A stretch of DNA of 64,000 nt from assembly GCA_030650025.1 (NCBI GenBank), contig JAUSEN010000015.1:13728-77727 (forward strand), given 5' to 3'. Each line of letters opens with the position of its first letter. The first letter of the stretch is position 1. Origin of the DNA: Candidatus Magasanikiibacteriota bacterium. Lineage in GTDB: Bacteria > Patescibacteriota > Patescibacteriia > Magasanikbacterales > GWA2-37-8. Positions 36,130 to 46,592 of this stretch are shown here, one piece after another. Both the position numbers and the translations under genes were made by a program. The notes below the pieces were generated by a model. That model was not told the origin of the DNA. It saw nothing but the letters and a program-made list of their open reading frames with translations, and made no database searches.

Positions 36130-37266
36130 TTAAAAAATAATTTCCCGGCGCAGGTGCCCTGGTATATGAACTAAAATTTCATAACTAATAGTGTCGCATT
36201 GCTTCGCCAAATTAGCCACGGAATTGAGGTCGTTTAGGTCGCGGCTGATAACTGTGGCTATTTGCCCTGGTTTTGCTTCCTTTACGCCGCTGACATCAAT
36301 AGACGTAATATTCATGCTTACGCGGCCAATTATCGGGCAAAATGCCGACCCCACTTTGACTATGCCCCGATTCGATAAACGTAAGTCCACGCCTTCAAAA
36401 TACCCTACTGGCAGGGTGGCAATAATCGCGTCAGACTGTGCTTCAAAAGTAAAATTATAACCAACATGCTCTGTCTTTTTGAGACTGCGCACTGACATAA
36501 TCTCCGCTTGCAGCTCTAAAGCTGGTTTTAAACCTGGCACAAAATGAGCCAGACCATAAAACCCTACCCCGACCCGAGCCACATTATCACCTAAATCGCC
36601 CTTCAGGCAAAAACCACTCGTGGCTCTGATGTGAATATATTTAATCGTGGAAAATTCCGCAGTTAGTCGCGTGCGCGCTTCCTGCCAACGAGGAATCTGA
36701 ATATCACTGGTTTCCCGAGGGCGATTAAGAGGATCAGCTAAATGCGAAAAAATCCCTATTACATTTAAATTACGATTTTTTTTGAGAAGTCTGGTGGCCT
36801 CTGGCAATTCTGCCAATTGTATCCCCTGCCGGTTCATGCCGGTGTCGACTTTAATATGAACATCAACTGGGCGAGTACACAAAATAGATAATTCTTTCAA
36901 CTGCGCGAGGTCAACCACCGCAAACATTATATTTTTTAACTTATTCTCCGCGATCACCCTGGGCTTAACGTAATTTAAAACCAAAATTTTTAGCTTAAAA
37001 TTATCGCGTCGTAACGCTTTGGCTTCAAAAACTGAATCCACGCATATAAATGGAACATTTGTGTGGTTTAAAATTTCAGCCACTTCTAACAAACCATGGC
37101 CATAGGCATTACTTTTTAAAACCGGCGCAATTTCTATCCCTGGTTTTAAAGAGCGAAAAATTTCTAAATTATTCAGCAAATTATCGCGGTATATTAAAAC
37201 CTTGACCAGCGGCTCTGGGCTAAAATGTTCTCGGTGCCACTGGCGCCAAGTACGCAAAAAACGCAT
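36130..37266 (-). CDS. alr: alanine racemase
   Basis: VLKSNAYGHG, HIKVDTGMNRQG, SH, VGY, GRVSM. Confidence 0.93.
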   Translation of the reverse strand: MRFLRTWRQWHREHFSPEPLVKVLIYRDNLLNNLEIFRSLKPGIEIAPVLKSNAYGHGLLEVAEILNHTNVPFICVDSVFEAKALRRDNFKLKILVLNYVKPRVIAENKLKNIMFAVVDLAQLKELSILCTRPVDVHIKVDTGMNRQGIQLAELPEATRLLKKNRNLNVIGIFSHLADPLNRPRETSDIQIPRWQEARTRLTAEFSTIKYIHIRATSGFCLKGDLGDNVARVGVGFYGLAHFVPGLKPALELQAEIMSVRSLKKTEHVGYNFTFEAQSDAIIATLPVGYFEGVDLRLSNRGIVKVGSAFCPIIGRVSMNITSIDVSGVKEAKPGQIATVISRDLNDLNSVANLAKQCDTISYEILVHIPGHLRREIIF

Positions 37267-37308
37267 AACCGCAAATGTTACTATTTGTAATTATTATATC
37301 AAAAAAAT

Positions 37309-38592
37309 CTAAATCAACTCAAAACCACAGTATTTAACTAGCGCTTCCGGAACCTTAATATGCCCATCTTGAGTCTGCCCATTTTCCATAATTGCAATTA
37401 AAGTCCGGCCGATGGCATAAGCCGTGGCGTCGTTCATATGCGCGTATTCAACTTCTCCAGTAGCGCGTTTAACTCTTGTTCCAAGTCTACGAGCTTGAAA
37501 ATCGGTCATATAATCAGCCGTATGCGTTTCGCGATATTTACCTTGGCCCGGCAGCCAGGATTCGATATCAAATTCTCGGTAGTCTGGCTGGCCCATATCG
37601 CCGGTGCATTTTAAAACCACTTGATAGGGCACGCCGAGAGACGCCATTAAATATTCTTGAATAGCCACAAAAAAATCCTGCTCGGCTTCGGAAATCTCCG
37701 GGGTAGTAAAAGACTCCATTTCGAGCTTATCAAACTGATGGACACGAAAAATACCTTTAGTATCTTTGCCGTAACTCCCGGCTTCGCGCCGGAAAGCCGT
37801 AGAAAAACCTAGTAAACGAATCGGCAGTTCCGATTCTTTAAGCGTTTTATTCATATAAATCGGTCCGAGGGTATGCTCGGCGCTCCCCACCAAGTAAACA
37901 TCATCGCTCGGGATATGGTAGCGTTCTTCTTTGGGTTCGAGGCGCCCCATTTTCTGCATCACGTCCGGCCTAATCATGACCGGGGGAATTATTAAAGTAA
38001 AAGGCTTGGCCGTCACCTTTAAATCGCGTTCCTTAATAATTTCTTGGAGTTTAGTCTCGTTTGTTAAAATAGAAATCGCGTGGTTAAGAAGCGCGAATTC
38101 TAATTGGGCTAACTTTCCTTTGATATAGGCGAATCTCGAACCACTGACTTCGGCGGCTGTTACTAAATCAATTATTTTTAAAGACTCACCGAGCTCAAAG
38201 TGCTCTTTAGGTTGCCAATTAAAAACTGGCGCTTCCCCAACCTTTTTCACAACTATGTTACCAGACTCGTCTTTTCCAACCGGCACGCTGCTATGCGTCC
38301 GGTTAGGCAGACGCAACAAAATTTCCGTGATGTCTTCATCTTTTTCTGCTAAAATATCTTCTAATTCCGCGATTTCCTCGCCCAGCTTACGCATTAAAGC
38401 AATTTCTTCCTCGGTTGGTTTGGTTTTAGAGCGTTTATTACGTTCGGCCCGGAGGCCCTCTACTTTGTGTTTAAATTCATTTCGTTCTTCGTCTAATTTG
38501 AATAATAATTCCAAATCAATTACCACCCCGCGGTTTTTATTGTTAGCCAACGTCTCGGTTTTATGTTCTTTTAGATATTTAATATCGAGCAT
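37309..38592 (-). CDS. serS: serine--tRNA ligase
   Basis: MLDIK, FRREAGSYGKDTKGIFRVHQFDKLE, DFQARR. Confidence 0.97.
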   Translation of the reverse strand: MLDIKYLKEHKTETLANNKNRGVVIDLELLFKLDEERNEFKHKVEGLRAERNKRSKTKPTEEEIALMRKLGEEIAELEDILAEKDEDITEILLRLPNRTHSSVPVGKDESGNIVVKKVGEAPVFNWQPKEHFELGESLKIIDLVTAAEVSGSRFAYIKGKLAQLEFALLNHAISILTNETKLQEIIKERDLKVTAKPFTLIIPPVMIRPDVMQKMGRLEPKEERYHIPSDDVYLVGSAEHTLGPIYMNKTLKESELPIRLLGFSTAFRREAGSYGKDTKGIFRVHQFDKLEMESFTTPEISEAEQDFFVAIQEYLMASLGVPYQVVLKCTGDMGQPDYREFDIESWLPGQGKYRETHTADYMTDFQARRLGTRVKRATGEVEYAHMNDATAYAIGRTLIAIMENGQTQDGHIKVPEALVKYCGFELI

Positions 38593-38602
38593 AGCGCCTC
38601 AT

Positions 38603-39442
38603 TTAAAATTTCGCCAAAAGCTTGGTGATTAATATCCGATTATTTTTGAGAATTTTGGTAACCAAAGGGAAAGCTTGTTTCTCTTGGATCGCTTGGTTTA
38701 GCGACCGCCAGGCCATTTTTATCACTTCTTTGTTGTCGAGCTTGACCCTGCCGCTAACTATAGCACAAGCATAAATTTTAATAAAGATCTCATATGATCC
38801 CGGTTTTCTATAATTTCTGCGCTGTTCCTGATACCAACCAGGGCAAGGTTTAATGACTTTAATTTGGAGGCCGGTTTCCTCTTTAATTTCTCTGCTTAAG
38901 CATTCCTCCTCGCTCTCCCCCATTGCTAAACCACCGCCGGGCAATTCCCATAAATTGTTAAACTGCGGGCGGTAGTCGCGCCGGAGTTGCAGGTAGATTT
39001 TATTTTTGTTTAGTATGATTCCAAAAATCGCCACGAACCGGCGTTTTATTTTATTTTTTAATTTAGAACCTTTAAAAATGTTTGGATAATACGGTTTTAA
39101 TCTAATAATTTTAATTTTTCCGCCAAAGCGTTGTTTCAGGCCATTAACAAAAAATCTCTGGTCATAGCCGAGCGCGATAATATCCGGTTTAACCCGCTCA
39201 ATGATTTTAAATTTATCTCCCAAATTCCCCAAGCGCACCGCATCAGCTATTTTTAATTTGCGCACCCGCCGCGCTCGCGTTTGCTCTGTGTATTTAGCCC
39301 GTGTTTTTTTGTATTTAAGCACGGTTCGGTCGCGGCTGATGATCACTGTCAAATGTGATCCTAATTTTTTGGCGGCTTTTAAAGCGGCAATATGGCCGGC
39401 ATGTAAATAGTCAAAGGTACCAAATGCGATGACTCGGGTCAT
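38603..39442 (-). CDS. RibL-like (FAD synthase/cytidylyltransferase-fold) domain fused to a Nudix hydrolase
   Basis: FGTFDYLHAGH, PDIIALGYDQ; Nudix box GGGLAMGESEEECLSREIKEETG. Confidence 0.8.
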   Translation of the reverse strand: MTRVIAFGTFDYLHAGHIAALKAAKKLGSHLTVIISRDRTVLKYKKTRAKYTEQTRARRVRKLKIADAVRLGNLGDKFKIIERVKPDIIALGYDQRFFVNGLKQRFGGKIKIIRLKPYYPNIFKGSKLKNKIKRRFVAIFGIILNKNKIYLQLRRDYRPQFNNLWELPGGGLAMGESEEECLSREIKEETGLQIKVIKPCPGWYQEQRRNYRKPGSYEIFIKIYACAIVSGRVKLDNKEVIKMAWRSLNQAIQEKQAFPLVTKILKNNRILITKLLAKF

Positions 39443-39456
39443 ATTAAATTTAAAGC

Positions 39457-41646
39457 TTACGGCGCTAATTCCACCTCGGTGGCAATGGATTTTATAGCAT
39501 CGATGGCGAGCTGTAAGAATTCTTCCAGACTCAAACCCAGATGCTCACATTCTTTAATAACTGAACGGTTAACCGTAGCCGCGAAACTTGAGTCTTTAAA
39601 TTTTTTGAGTAGCGATTTAACTTCGAGTGAAGCAATTTTATCAGGCCGGAGCCTGGCCGCGGCGTGCACGAGCCCGGTAACGGTTTCGCCAGCGGCAAGC
39701 GCAAATTCGATGTCCCTTGTTCGGACTTGATCTATTAAGCCAGCGCATTCACAGCCATAGCCATGCGAGAGCATTACCTCGATAAAATAATCAGGAAAGC
39801 CCGCGTCTTTCAAGAGTTTAGGAGCCAGTGTTAAGTGGTTTTTTGGTGTCTCATACGTTAAGTCCCAATCAATGTCATGAAGCAACCCGGCTGTCCCCCA
39901 CCAATCTTCATCTTTCCCCAGGCGCTTGGCCAGCGCGCGCATAACCGCTTCGGACTCTAAATAGTGATTAAAACTAGCGGGCCGATGGTTATATTTTTTC
40001 AAAAGCTCTAACGCGCCCGCGCGGTCCATTGGTAGCAGTGGTAAATTATCATGTGCAGGCTTTGTTATTGCGGTATTGTGAGTAGCGTTAGAAGTCGGAC
40101 TGATCGTTTTTTGATACTCTGGCCGGAGGGTCGGAAATAAAATAACCTCTTTTAAATTTTCTGCGTTTGCTAAAAGCTTAACCAGGCGGTCTATCCCCAT
40201 GCCAAACCCAGCGGTTGGTGGCATACCATGTTTCAAGGCAGTCACAAAATCCTCATCAAACGGCATGCTCTCTTCATTGCCGCGCGCTTCGTTCTCTGCC
40301 TGCTCTCTAAAGCGCGCTTCTTGGTCCAGCGGATCGTTAAGCTCGGTAAAGGCATTACAGAGCTCGTTGCCGCCAATACACAGCAGTTGGAAACGCTCTA
40401 CATACGAAGGGTCGGCCGCCTTTTTTTTAGCGAGTGGAGACAATTCCACCGGGTGATCAATCATAAAAATCGGGTTCACAATGTGTGGCCGCACGTATTT
40501 TTTATAAATATCGTCGATTAGTTTACCGCGATCAGCGGTGGTATCTACCTCATTGCCGAGTAATTTTTTGGCCGCGCCAAGCATCGCGTCGCGGCTTGGG
40601 AAGTCTTCAATATCAAGCTTAGCATGTTTTTTTATCAGATCACGCATTGAAATACGTGGGTATGGCGGCGTAAAATCCACTGCCACATCACCAGTTTTAA
40701 ATTTAAGTGGGAGCCCAGCAGATTTAATAATCTTCGGCAAAAGATCCTCGGTCAAATTCATGAGGTCATTGTAGTCTGCATATGCAGAGTAAAATTCAAT
40801 TTGGGTAAATTCTGGGTTATGGTTATAATCAATGCCCTCGTTACGAAAACATTTGGCGATTTCATATACTTTCTCAAACCCCCCCACGATTAAGCGCTTT
40901 AAATATAACTCTGGAGCAATTCGTAAGTACAGCGGAATATCAAGAGCATTATGATGCGTAACAAAAGGCTTGGCGAGCGCGCCGCCGTATAATGTTTGGA
41001 GTATTGGCGTTTCCACCTCATAAAAACCGTGCGCGTCAAAATAATTACGCATCTCCCTCACGAGCAAACTGCGCATTTTGGCAATACGCATTGACTCGTT
41101 ATTCGCGATTAAATCAAGATACCGGCGGCGATAACGCTGTTCAATATCAGTTAAGCCATGCCATTTTTCTGGCAATGGCAAAAGCGCTTTAGCAAGCACT
41201 GTGTACTCCCCTACTAATAAACTGGTTTCCCCCGTGCGCGTGGCAAACAAAAATCCCGTGCTTTGCAGAAAATCACCAACATCAATATACTTAGCTACAA
41301 ATTTAAACTTATCCTCTCCGAGGTGCGCTTCGGTAAAAACCAGTTGCAGTTCTCCGGAGCCGTCTCGTAATTTACAAAAAATAAGCTTGCCGATATCACG
41401 CTTCGCGACAATTCGCCCCACCACCTCGATACTGCTTTTAACTGCCGACTTAGGCACGGGTTTTGTTAAGTCGAGCTCCTGAACCGGCGTAATTACAGCG
41501 GTAGCCAAATCAACCCGTCCGGTTTTAAACACTACGCGTGCCGGGAATGGGTCAATATTATTTTTACGCAACTCGTCTAGATGCTCTAAACGGATAACGT
41601 CTTCTTTAAGAAGTTTAGGGTCAATTTTTGGCTCTGGTTTCTCCAT
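39457..41646 (-). CDS. lysS: class II lysine--tRNA ligase with C-terminal HD-domain fusion
   Basis: OB fold, RYRRRYLDL, YLRIAPELYLK, FRNEG, GMGIDRL; linker then H...GLLHDID HD domain. Confidence 0.93.
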   Translation of the reverse strand: MEKPEPKIDPKLLKEDVIRLEHLDELRKNNIDPFPARVVFKTGRVDLATAVITPVQELDLTKPVPKSAVKSSIEVVGRIVAKRDIGKLIFCKLRDGSGELQLVFTEAHLGEDKFKFVAKYIDVGDFLQSTGFLFATRTGETSLLVGEYTVLAKALLPLPEKWHGLTDIEQRYRRRYLDLIANNESMRIAKMRSLLVREMRNYFDAHGFYEVETPILQTLYGGALAKPFVTHHNALDIPLYLRIAPELYLKRLIVGGFEKVYEIAKCFRNEGIDYNHNPEFTQIEFYSAYADYNDLMNLTEDLLPKIIKSAGLPLKFKTGDVAVDFTPPYPRISMRDLIKKHAKLDIEDFPSRDAMLGAAKKLLGNEVDTTADRGKLIDDIYKKYVRPHIVNPIFMIDHPVELSPLAKKKAADPSYVERFQLLCIGGNELCNAFTELNDPLDQEARFREQAENEARGNEESMPFDEDFVTALKHGMPPTAGFGMGIDRLVKLLANAENLKEVILFPTLRPEYQKTISPTSNATHNTAITKPAHDNLPLLPMDRAGALELLKKYNHRPASFNHYLESEAVMRALAKRLGKDEDWWGTAGLLHDIDWDLTYETPKNHLTLAPKLLKDAGFPDYFIEVMLSHGYGCECAGLIDQVRTRDIEFALAAGETVTGLVHAAARLRPDKIASLEVKSLLKKFKDSSFAATVNRSVIKECEHLGLSLEEFLQLAIDAIKSIATEVELAP

Positions 41647-41657
41647 AGATAGGGTTT

Positions 41658-41686
41658 ATTATAGCGCACTTTTAATTAAGCGTCAA
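41658..41686 (-). promoter_or_regulatory. lysS promoter TTGACG-17-TATAAT
   Basis: Near-consensus; -10 is only 11 nt from the ATG. Confidence 0.7.
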
Positions 41687-41690
41687 AAAT

Positions 41691-41717
41691 AAAAACTGGC
41701 CGCCTCTGCAGCCAGTT
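41691..41717 (-). terminator. intrinsic terminator after greA
   Basis: AACTGGCTGC-AGAG-GCGGCCAGTT stem then T-tract on the minus strand. Confidence 0.75.
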
Positions 41718-41730
41718 GGTCGCAAGTTAC

Positions 41731-42192
41731 TTAACTAATCTCTAGAATCTGGTAAACAGCCTCTCCGGACGGCACCTTGACTGTGACTTGGTCGCCCTTT
41801 TTATGCCCTAAAAAGGCCTCGCCGAGAGGCGATTCATTGGAAATAAGCCCTTTACTAGGGTTTATCTCTTGCGGGCCTACAATCGTATATGACTTTTTTT
41901 GCCCGTTTACTTTAACCAGTAGTTGGCTGCCAATCCCGACTAAACCAGCCACTGTTCGGGTTATCACTTGAGCCGTGTTAATGATTTGTTCGAGTTCTCG
42001 CATTCTCCCCTGCGCCCAGGACATATCCTCGCGCGCCTGGTGGTATTCGGCATTCTCTGACAAATCACCCTGCTGTTTAGCTTCGTCAATGCGTTTGGCA
42101 ATTTCGGGAATCTTGGCATCCTTTAAATTCCCGAGCTCTTGCTTGAGAGCGGCCAAACTCTCGGCCGAAAGATATTGAATTGGTTCATCCAT
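41731..42192 (-). CDS. greA: transcription elongation factor GreA
   Basis: GDLSENAEY, ISNESPLG motifs; upstream TTGACA-18-TATAAT at 42210..42239. Confidence 0.96.
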   Translation of the reverse strand: MDEPIQYLSAESLAALKQELGNLKDAKIPEIAKRIDEAKQQGDLSENAEYHQAREDMSWAQGRMRELEQIINTAQVITRTVAGLVGIGSQLLVKVNGQKKSYTIVGPQEINPSKGLISNESPLGEAFLGHKKGDQVTVKVPSGEAVYQILEIS

Positions 42193-42239
42193 AAAATTTA
42201 ATTTTCTATATTATAACAGGACACCTAAAATTGTGTCAA

Positions 42240-44222
42240 CTAATTTTCACCCTGTTTAAACCACCAACTTAAAAAATCTCTGGCTATTGGCATGGCAATG
42301 GCCGCGCCCTCCCCGCCCTCTTCCGCCAAAACAGTCACCACAATTTTAGGGTTTTCAAACGGAGCGAAAGCCGTGAACCAGGCGTGGGTTGGTTTCGTGG
42401 CGCTCCACTGGGCTGTTCCGGTCTTTCCGGCCGAGGCCAAGGGCAGGGTTTTAAGCAATTGGCAACTCCCACTTACCACGCACGCCCGCATCCCCCGCCT
42501 GACAATTGCCATGGTAGCAGGCGAAATATCTTTAATTTTTTCCGTAGCAAATGTCAAAGGCTGTTCTAATTTTGAAGTGGGGTCGATAATCTTTTCTGCC
42601 AAATGCGGCGTTACTAGTAAGCCACCGTTAGCTACCGCCGCTGTGTAGCGCGCCACTTGAAGCGGCGTCACTAATAAATCCCCCTGGCCAATAGAAATAT
42701 TATAAGTGTCACCCACAAACCAGCGTTCGCCTTTATTGGCTAATTTCCACTCGGGCGTAGGAATAAAACCGGTCGCTTCGGCCGGCAAATCTATCCCGGT
42801 TGGTTGGTTAATCTTGAAAGCCGCCAAATACTTGTAAAGCCGGGTTAAGCCTAAGCCAGCAAAATTCTTGTAACCGCCCCCGACATAGTAAAAATAAGTA
42901 TTTACCGACCAAGCTAAAGCGCGCGTGATGTTCGTAAAACCATGGCCGCCCGCTTTCCAATCCTTAAAAAACCAACGACCTACTTCTAGCCCCCCCGTAC
43001 TGTTAAAACCAGTCGTTTCATTCACGACGCCCTCTTCTAAAGCCGCCGCCGCCACCATGAGCTTCGCCGTGGAACCAGGGGGGTATAAACCGGTAATAGC
43101 TCGATTAAACAAGGGATTGTTTGGGTCTGATCTGTAACGATCGAATTGTTGCGTAGAAATTCCCCCGGAAAAATCATTGTTGTCATAAGCTGGCCAGCTC
43201 ACCAAGGCTATAATTTTACCAGTATTTGGTTCCAGCGCAATCGCGCCAAATTTTTTTTTGCCTGTTCTTTTGGCTGTGGTGGCGACCAATTTTTCTAAAT
43301 AACGCTGGGCCGGTAAATCCAAGGTTAGATACAAATCAGACCCCGGAGCGGGCGGATCCACGGCTAAAACCGCGCGTTCTTTGCCAATGGCGTCCACCTC
43401 AATTTTGTTTCTGCCGACTGTGCCTCGGAGAATATTTTCGTATTGCTTTTCTAATCCCGCTTTCCCAATTTCGTCTGGTAAATTATAACTATTCGATAAT
43501 TTGGCATATTCCTCGGCGGTTAATTTACCTAAATATCCTAAAATGTGCGACAGGCTATCCGTGCTCGTAACAGCGCTCGCGCCATCTGTAAATTTTTGAG
43601 CGTACCAGCGTTTCATGCCGCTCTCTACGGCCACGCCCGCTAAATCAGTATGTTGGATATAAAGTCGCAGCGCTGTCTTATAGTCAAGGTTATCTTTAAT
43701 AACGAGCCGGTCGATTTTAAATGAACGATAATGATTGATGGCGTCTTCAATCGCGGGTACGTCTAAACCGCTTTCCTTAGCTACAATTTCCAGTGTTTCT
43801 AGGCGGGCATTTTCCGCGCGCGGCAAATCTTGCAGGGACAGCACCAAACTAAAAGCCGGGACGTTTAAGACCAACTGCTCCCCACTTCGGTCATAAATAA
43901 TTCCTCTTTCGGCTATAATCGGCTTAATACGAATTCGATTACCCTCGGCGGTGGCGCGATAAGTCGATCCCTGCCAAAGCTGTAAACGAATTAGCTGGAC
44001 AATAATTAAGCTAAGCGCCAAAGTAATAATAAAAAACAAACGATTAGCTTTAAATTGATATATGGCCGTTCCTAAAAAACGCTCCGCCCCTTCGGAAGAT
44101 GCTGGCGGGTCCTTAATCTGGACGCTTTCTTCAATCCAGGAATGACGAAATTTTCCCTTGAGCTTCAATCGATTCGTGTCCGACTCTGGCCAGAATTTAA
44201 ATTGGCGGTCTTCAGGGGACAT
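42240..44222 (-). CDS. mrdA: penicillin-binding protein 2
   Basis: ERGIIYDR, PPGSTAK (SxxK), SVN, KTGT; downstream of mreBCD. Confidence 0.92.
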   Translation of the reverse strand: MSPEDRQFKFWPESDTNRLKLKGKFRHSWIEESVQIKDPPASSEGAERFLGTAIYQFKANRLFFIITLALSLIIVQLIRLQLWQGSTYRATAEGNRIRIKPIIAERGIIYDRSGEQLVLNVPAFSLVLSLQDLPRAENARLETLEIVAKESGLDVPAIEDAINHYRSFKIDRLVIKDNLDYKTALRLYIQHTDLAGVAVESGMKRWYAQKFTDGASAVTSTDSLSHILGYLGKLTAEEYAKLSNSYNLPDEIGKAGLEKQYENILRGTVGRNKIEVDAIGKERAVLAVDPPAPGSDLYLTLDLPAQRYLEKLVATTAKRTGKKKFGAIALEPNTGKIIALVSWPAYDNNDFSGGISTQQFDRYRSDPNNPLFNRAITGLYPPGSTAKLMVAAAALEEGVVNETTGFNSTGGLEVGRWFFKDWKAGGHGFTNITRALAWSVNTYFYYVGGGYKNFAGLGLTRLYKYLAAFKINQPTGIDLPAEATGFIPTPEWKLANKGERWFVGDTYNISIGQGDLLVTPLQVARYTAAVANGGLLVTPHLAEKIIDPTSKLEQPLTFATEKIKDISPATMAIVRRGMRACVVSGSCQLLKTLPLASAGKTGTAQWSATKPTHAWFTAFAPFENPKIVVTVLAEEGGEGAAIAMPIARDFLSWWFKQGEN

Positions 44223-44225
44223 AAA

Positions 44226-44768
44226 CTATTGTTTCACATCCAAAATATACGCCGGGTTTACTCTCCTAATAAAAATTGCAATCACAAAATAAATAATAAT
44301 GCCTGCCCCTAGGGAGACGGACGCGCTGGTGATAATAAACCACGCTTGATTAATTATCACTAGATCACTTGAAGGGAAAAATAATGATGCCACTACCACA
44401 TAGACGGTTCGTGCCAGGTGGAAACAAAGGATTGCCACACTCAGCAAAAAAATTACTGCCGGAGTTGAACGGTTCGTAATAACTCGACTTATTAAAACCG
44501 CTACTAAAAAATATTCCGCCAAGAGCGCGATTAAAATTGATCCGGGCAAACTACTACTGATTAGTTCCGCAAAAATTCCGGTTCCCAAAATCAGCCCAAA
44601 AACACTTAGTTTGTCAGTGAGGTAAATTTGTAACCAAACCGGAAAAATAACAATTAACAAGATTGCTTTAAACGGCGCGGGCGCGAGCAATACCAGCCAT
44701 TCTTGAATAAAGACCAGCCCATAAGCCGCCAGCAAAACCACCAAAAATTTTATTAGCCCTTTCAGCAT
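44226..44768 (-). CDS. mreD: MreD-like membrane protein
   Basis: Highly hydrophobic 180 aa between mreC and mrdA; call rests on position. Confidence 0.6.
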   Translation of the reverse strand: MLKGLIKFLVVLLAAYGLVFIQEWLVLLAPAPFKAILLIVIFPVWLQIYLTDKLSVFGLILGTGIFAELISSSLPGSILIALLAEYFLVAVLISRVITNRSTPAVIFLLSVAILCFHLARTVYVVVASLFFPSSDLVIINQAWFIITSASVSLGAGIIIYFVIAIFIRRVNPAYILDVKQ

Positions 44769-45541
44769 TAGTAATCAACAATTATATTTAACTGTTTAAC
44801 TTGAGCCAAAGGCGCCGGGGGAATCAAAACAGCTTGTTGAAAAGGCTGATACGCTTCATTCTCAATAATCGCCACCGTGCCAATTAATAAACCAGCTGGC
44901 AAACCATCTTCTAACCCCGAGGATATTACTCTTTGCCCCACCGATACTATATCATTGCGCGGTATGAATTTCATCCGGAGGCTAAGTCCAAAACCGCCGT
45001 CTACCACCCCTTCACTGTTGGTTTCGTTTTGGATTCTGGCGCCGACGCTACTCCTAGTGTCGGACATTAATCTCACCCAAGCGACGGTACGGCTTGTTTT
45101 GATTACTTTCCCGATCAATACCCCTTCATGAGAGATGGCGGCGTTGCCAACCTTAACACCGTCATCTTGCCCGCGATTAACTAAAAGAACTTCGGCCGCC
45201 GCGTCTAAATCCCTCCCCACAACATCAACGCCGATAGTAGTTAATTGACGTTTTATTTTAAAATTAAGTTGCTTGCGGAGTTCGGTATTTTCATTTTTGA
45301 GGCTGCTCAATTCTGTTTCCGTTACTTGACCAATTAGTAATTTTGATCGGCATTCCAACAAATTGGCGGTTAGTTCATCGGCAGAATTAAAATTTTTAAA
45401 AATATAACGAATCGGAGCGGTAAAATTAGTTCGTAAAAAGGTTACTATAGCGCTAAACCAAGACAATTGAAACAAAATCAAAACCAGCACCGCTCCGGTG
45501 CCAGCCAAAATAAAATTTTTGGTTGTTTTAAATTTCGCCAT
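44768..45541 (-). CDS. mreC: rod shape-determining protein MreC
   Basis: TM, LKNENTELRKQL coiled coil, G..DGV, SSGL.DGLPAGLLIG. Confidence 0.9.
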   Translation of the reverse strand: MAKFKTTKNFILAGTGAVLVLILFQLSWFSAIVTFLRTNFTAPIRYIFKNFNSADELTANLLECRSKLLIGQVTETELSSLKNENTELRKQLNFKIKRQLTTIGVDVVGRDLDAAAEVLLVNRGQDDGVKVGNAAISHEGVLIGKVIKTSRTVAWVRLMSDTRSSVGARIQNETNSEGVVDGGFGLSLRMKFIPRNDIVSVGQRVISSGLEDGLPAGLLIGTVAIIENEAYQPFQQAVLIPPAPLAQVKQLNIIVDY

Positions 45542-45548
45542 AAAGAGG

Positions 45549-46592
45549 CTACATATTATTAGGCCCGTTAACCGCCACTTCTTTCAAGAGATCCTCTTCA
45601 TCTAAAAGCACTCCCGTACCGCGCACTACGGCTGTCAGGGGGTCGTCGGCAATTCTCACGGGAATTTCTAAAGCGCGCTGAATAAGTTGATCAATGCCTC
45701 GGAGTAGCGAACCTCCGCCGGAAATAAGCAACCCCCGTTCGTGAATGTCGGCCACCAATTCGGGAGGCGTAATTTCTAAAATTGATTTTATACTATCCAC
45801 CATCGTCCGCAAAGACTTGATAATCGCTTCGCGCACCTGGGAGTCATTAATCATTACTTCCCTCGGCAGACCGGTTAATAAATCGCGCCCGCGCATGGGA
45901 AACTGGATAGTGTCCGTAAGTTCCACCGCCGAACCAACGCGAATTTTAATCTCCTCGGCCTGGCGTTCCCCGAGCAGCAAATTAAACACGTCGCGCGCGT
46001 ACTGAATAATATTCCGGTTTAATTCATCGCCCGCCACTGTTATTGACTTGCTTGTGGTAATGCCGCTTAAGGATATTACGGCGATTTCACAAGTGCCTCC
46101 ACCCATTTCCACAATTAAATTGCCGATTGGTTCTCGGACCGGCAGGCGGAGCCCAATCGCCGCGGCCATTGGTTCTTCCACAATCCAAACTTCGTGGGCG
46201 CCGGCATTTAACACGGCATCACCAATCGCGCGCCTTTCTACTTCCGTAATGTTTACGGGCGCGCCAATTACCACGCGCGGACGAGACAAAAACGCTCGCC
46301 CCGAATTTTCCTTGACTTTATCTATAAAATAGCGCAGCATTTTTTCGGCCACTTCAAAATCCGATATGATGCCGCTGGTGAGTGGCTTGGTGGTAATGAT
46401 ATGAGGAGGAGTTTTCCCGAGCATTTCCTTAGCTTCGTGGCCAACCGCTAAAATTTGCTCGGTGCGCGTATTTACCGCGACCACGCTTGGTTCGTTTATG
46501 ACTACTCCCCGGCCTTTAACATAAACTAAAGTATTGGCCGTTCCAAGGTCAATACCAAGCTCCGTTCTAAATTTATTCAACCATTTAAACAT
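45549..46592 (-). CDS. mreB: rod shape-determining protein MreB
   Basis: GIDLGTANT, EEPMAAAIG, GGGT, TPPEL, GGGSLL. Confidence 0.96.
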   Translation of the reverse strand: MFKWLNKFRTELGIDLGTANTLVYVKGRGVVINEPSVVAVNTRTEQILAVGHEAKEMLGKTPPHIITTKPLTSGIISDFEVAEKMLRYFIDKVKENSGRAFLSRPRVVIGAPVNITEVERRAIGDAVLNAGAHEVWIVEEPMAAAIGLRLPVREPIGNLIVEMGGGTCEIAVISLSGITTSKSITVAGDELNRNIIQYARDVFNLLLGERQAEEIKIRVGSAVELTDTIQFPMRGRDLLTGLPREVMINDSQVREAIIKSLRTMVDSIKSILEITPPELVADIHERGLLISGGGSLLRGIDQLIQRALEIPVRIADDPLTAVVRGTGVLLDEEDLLKEVAVNGPNNM

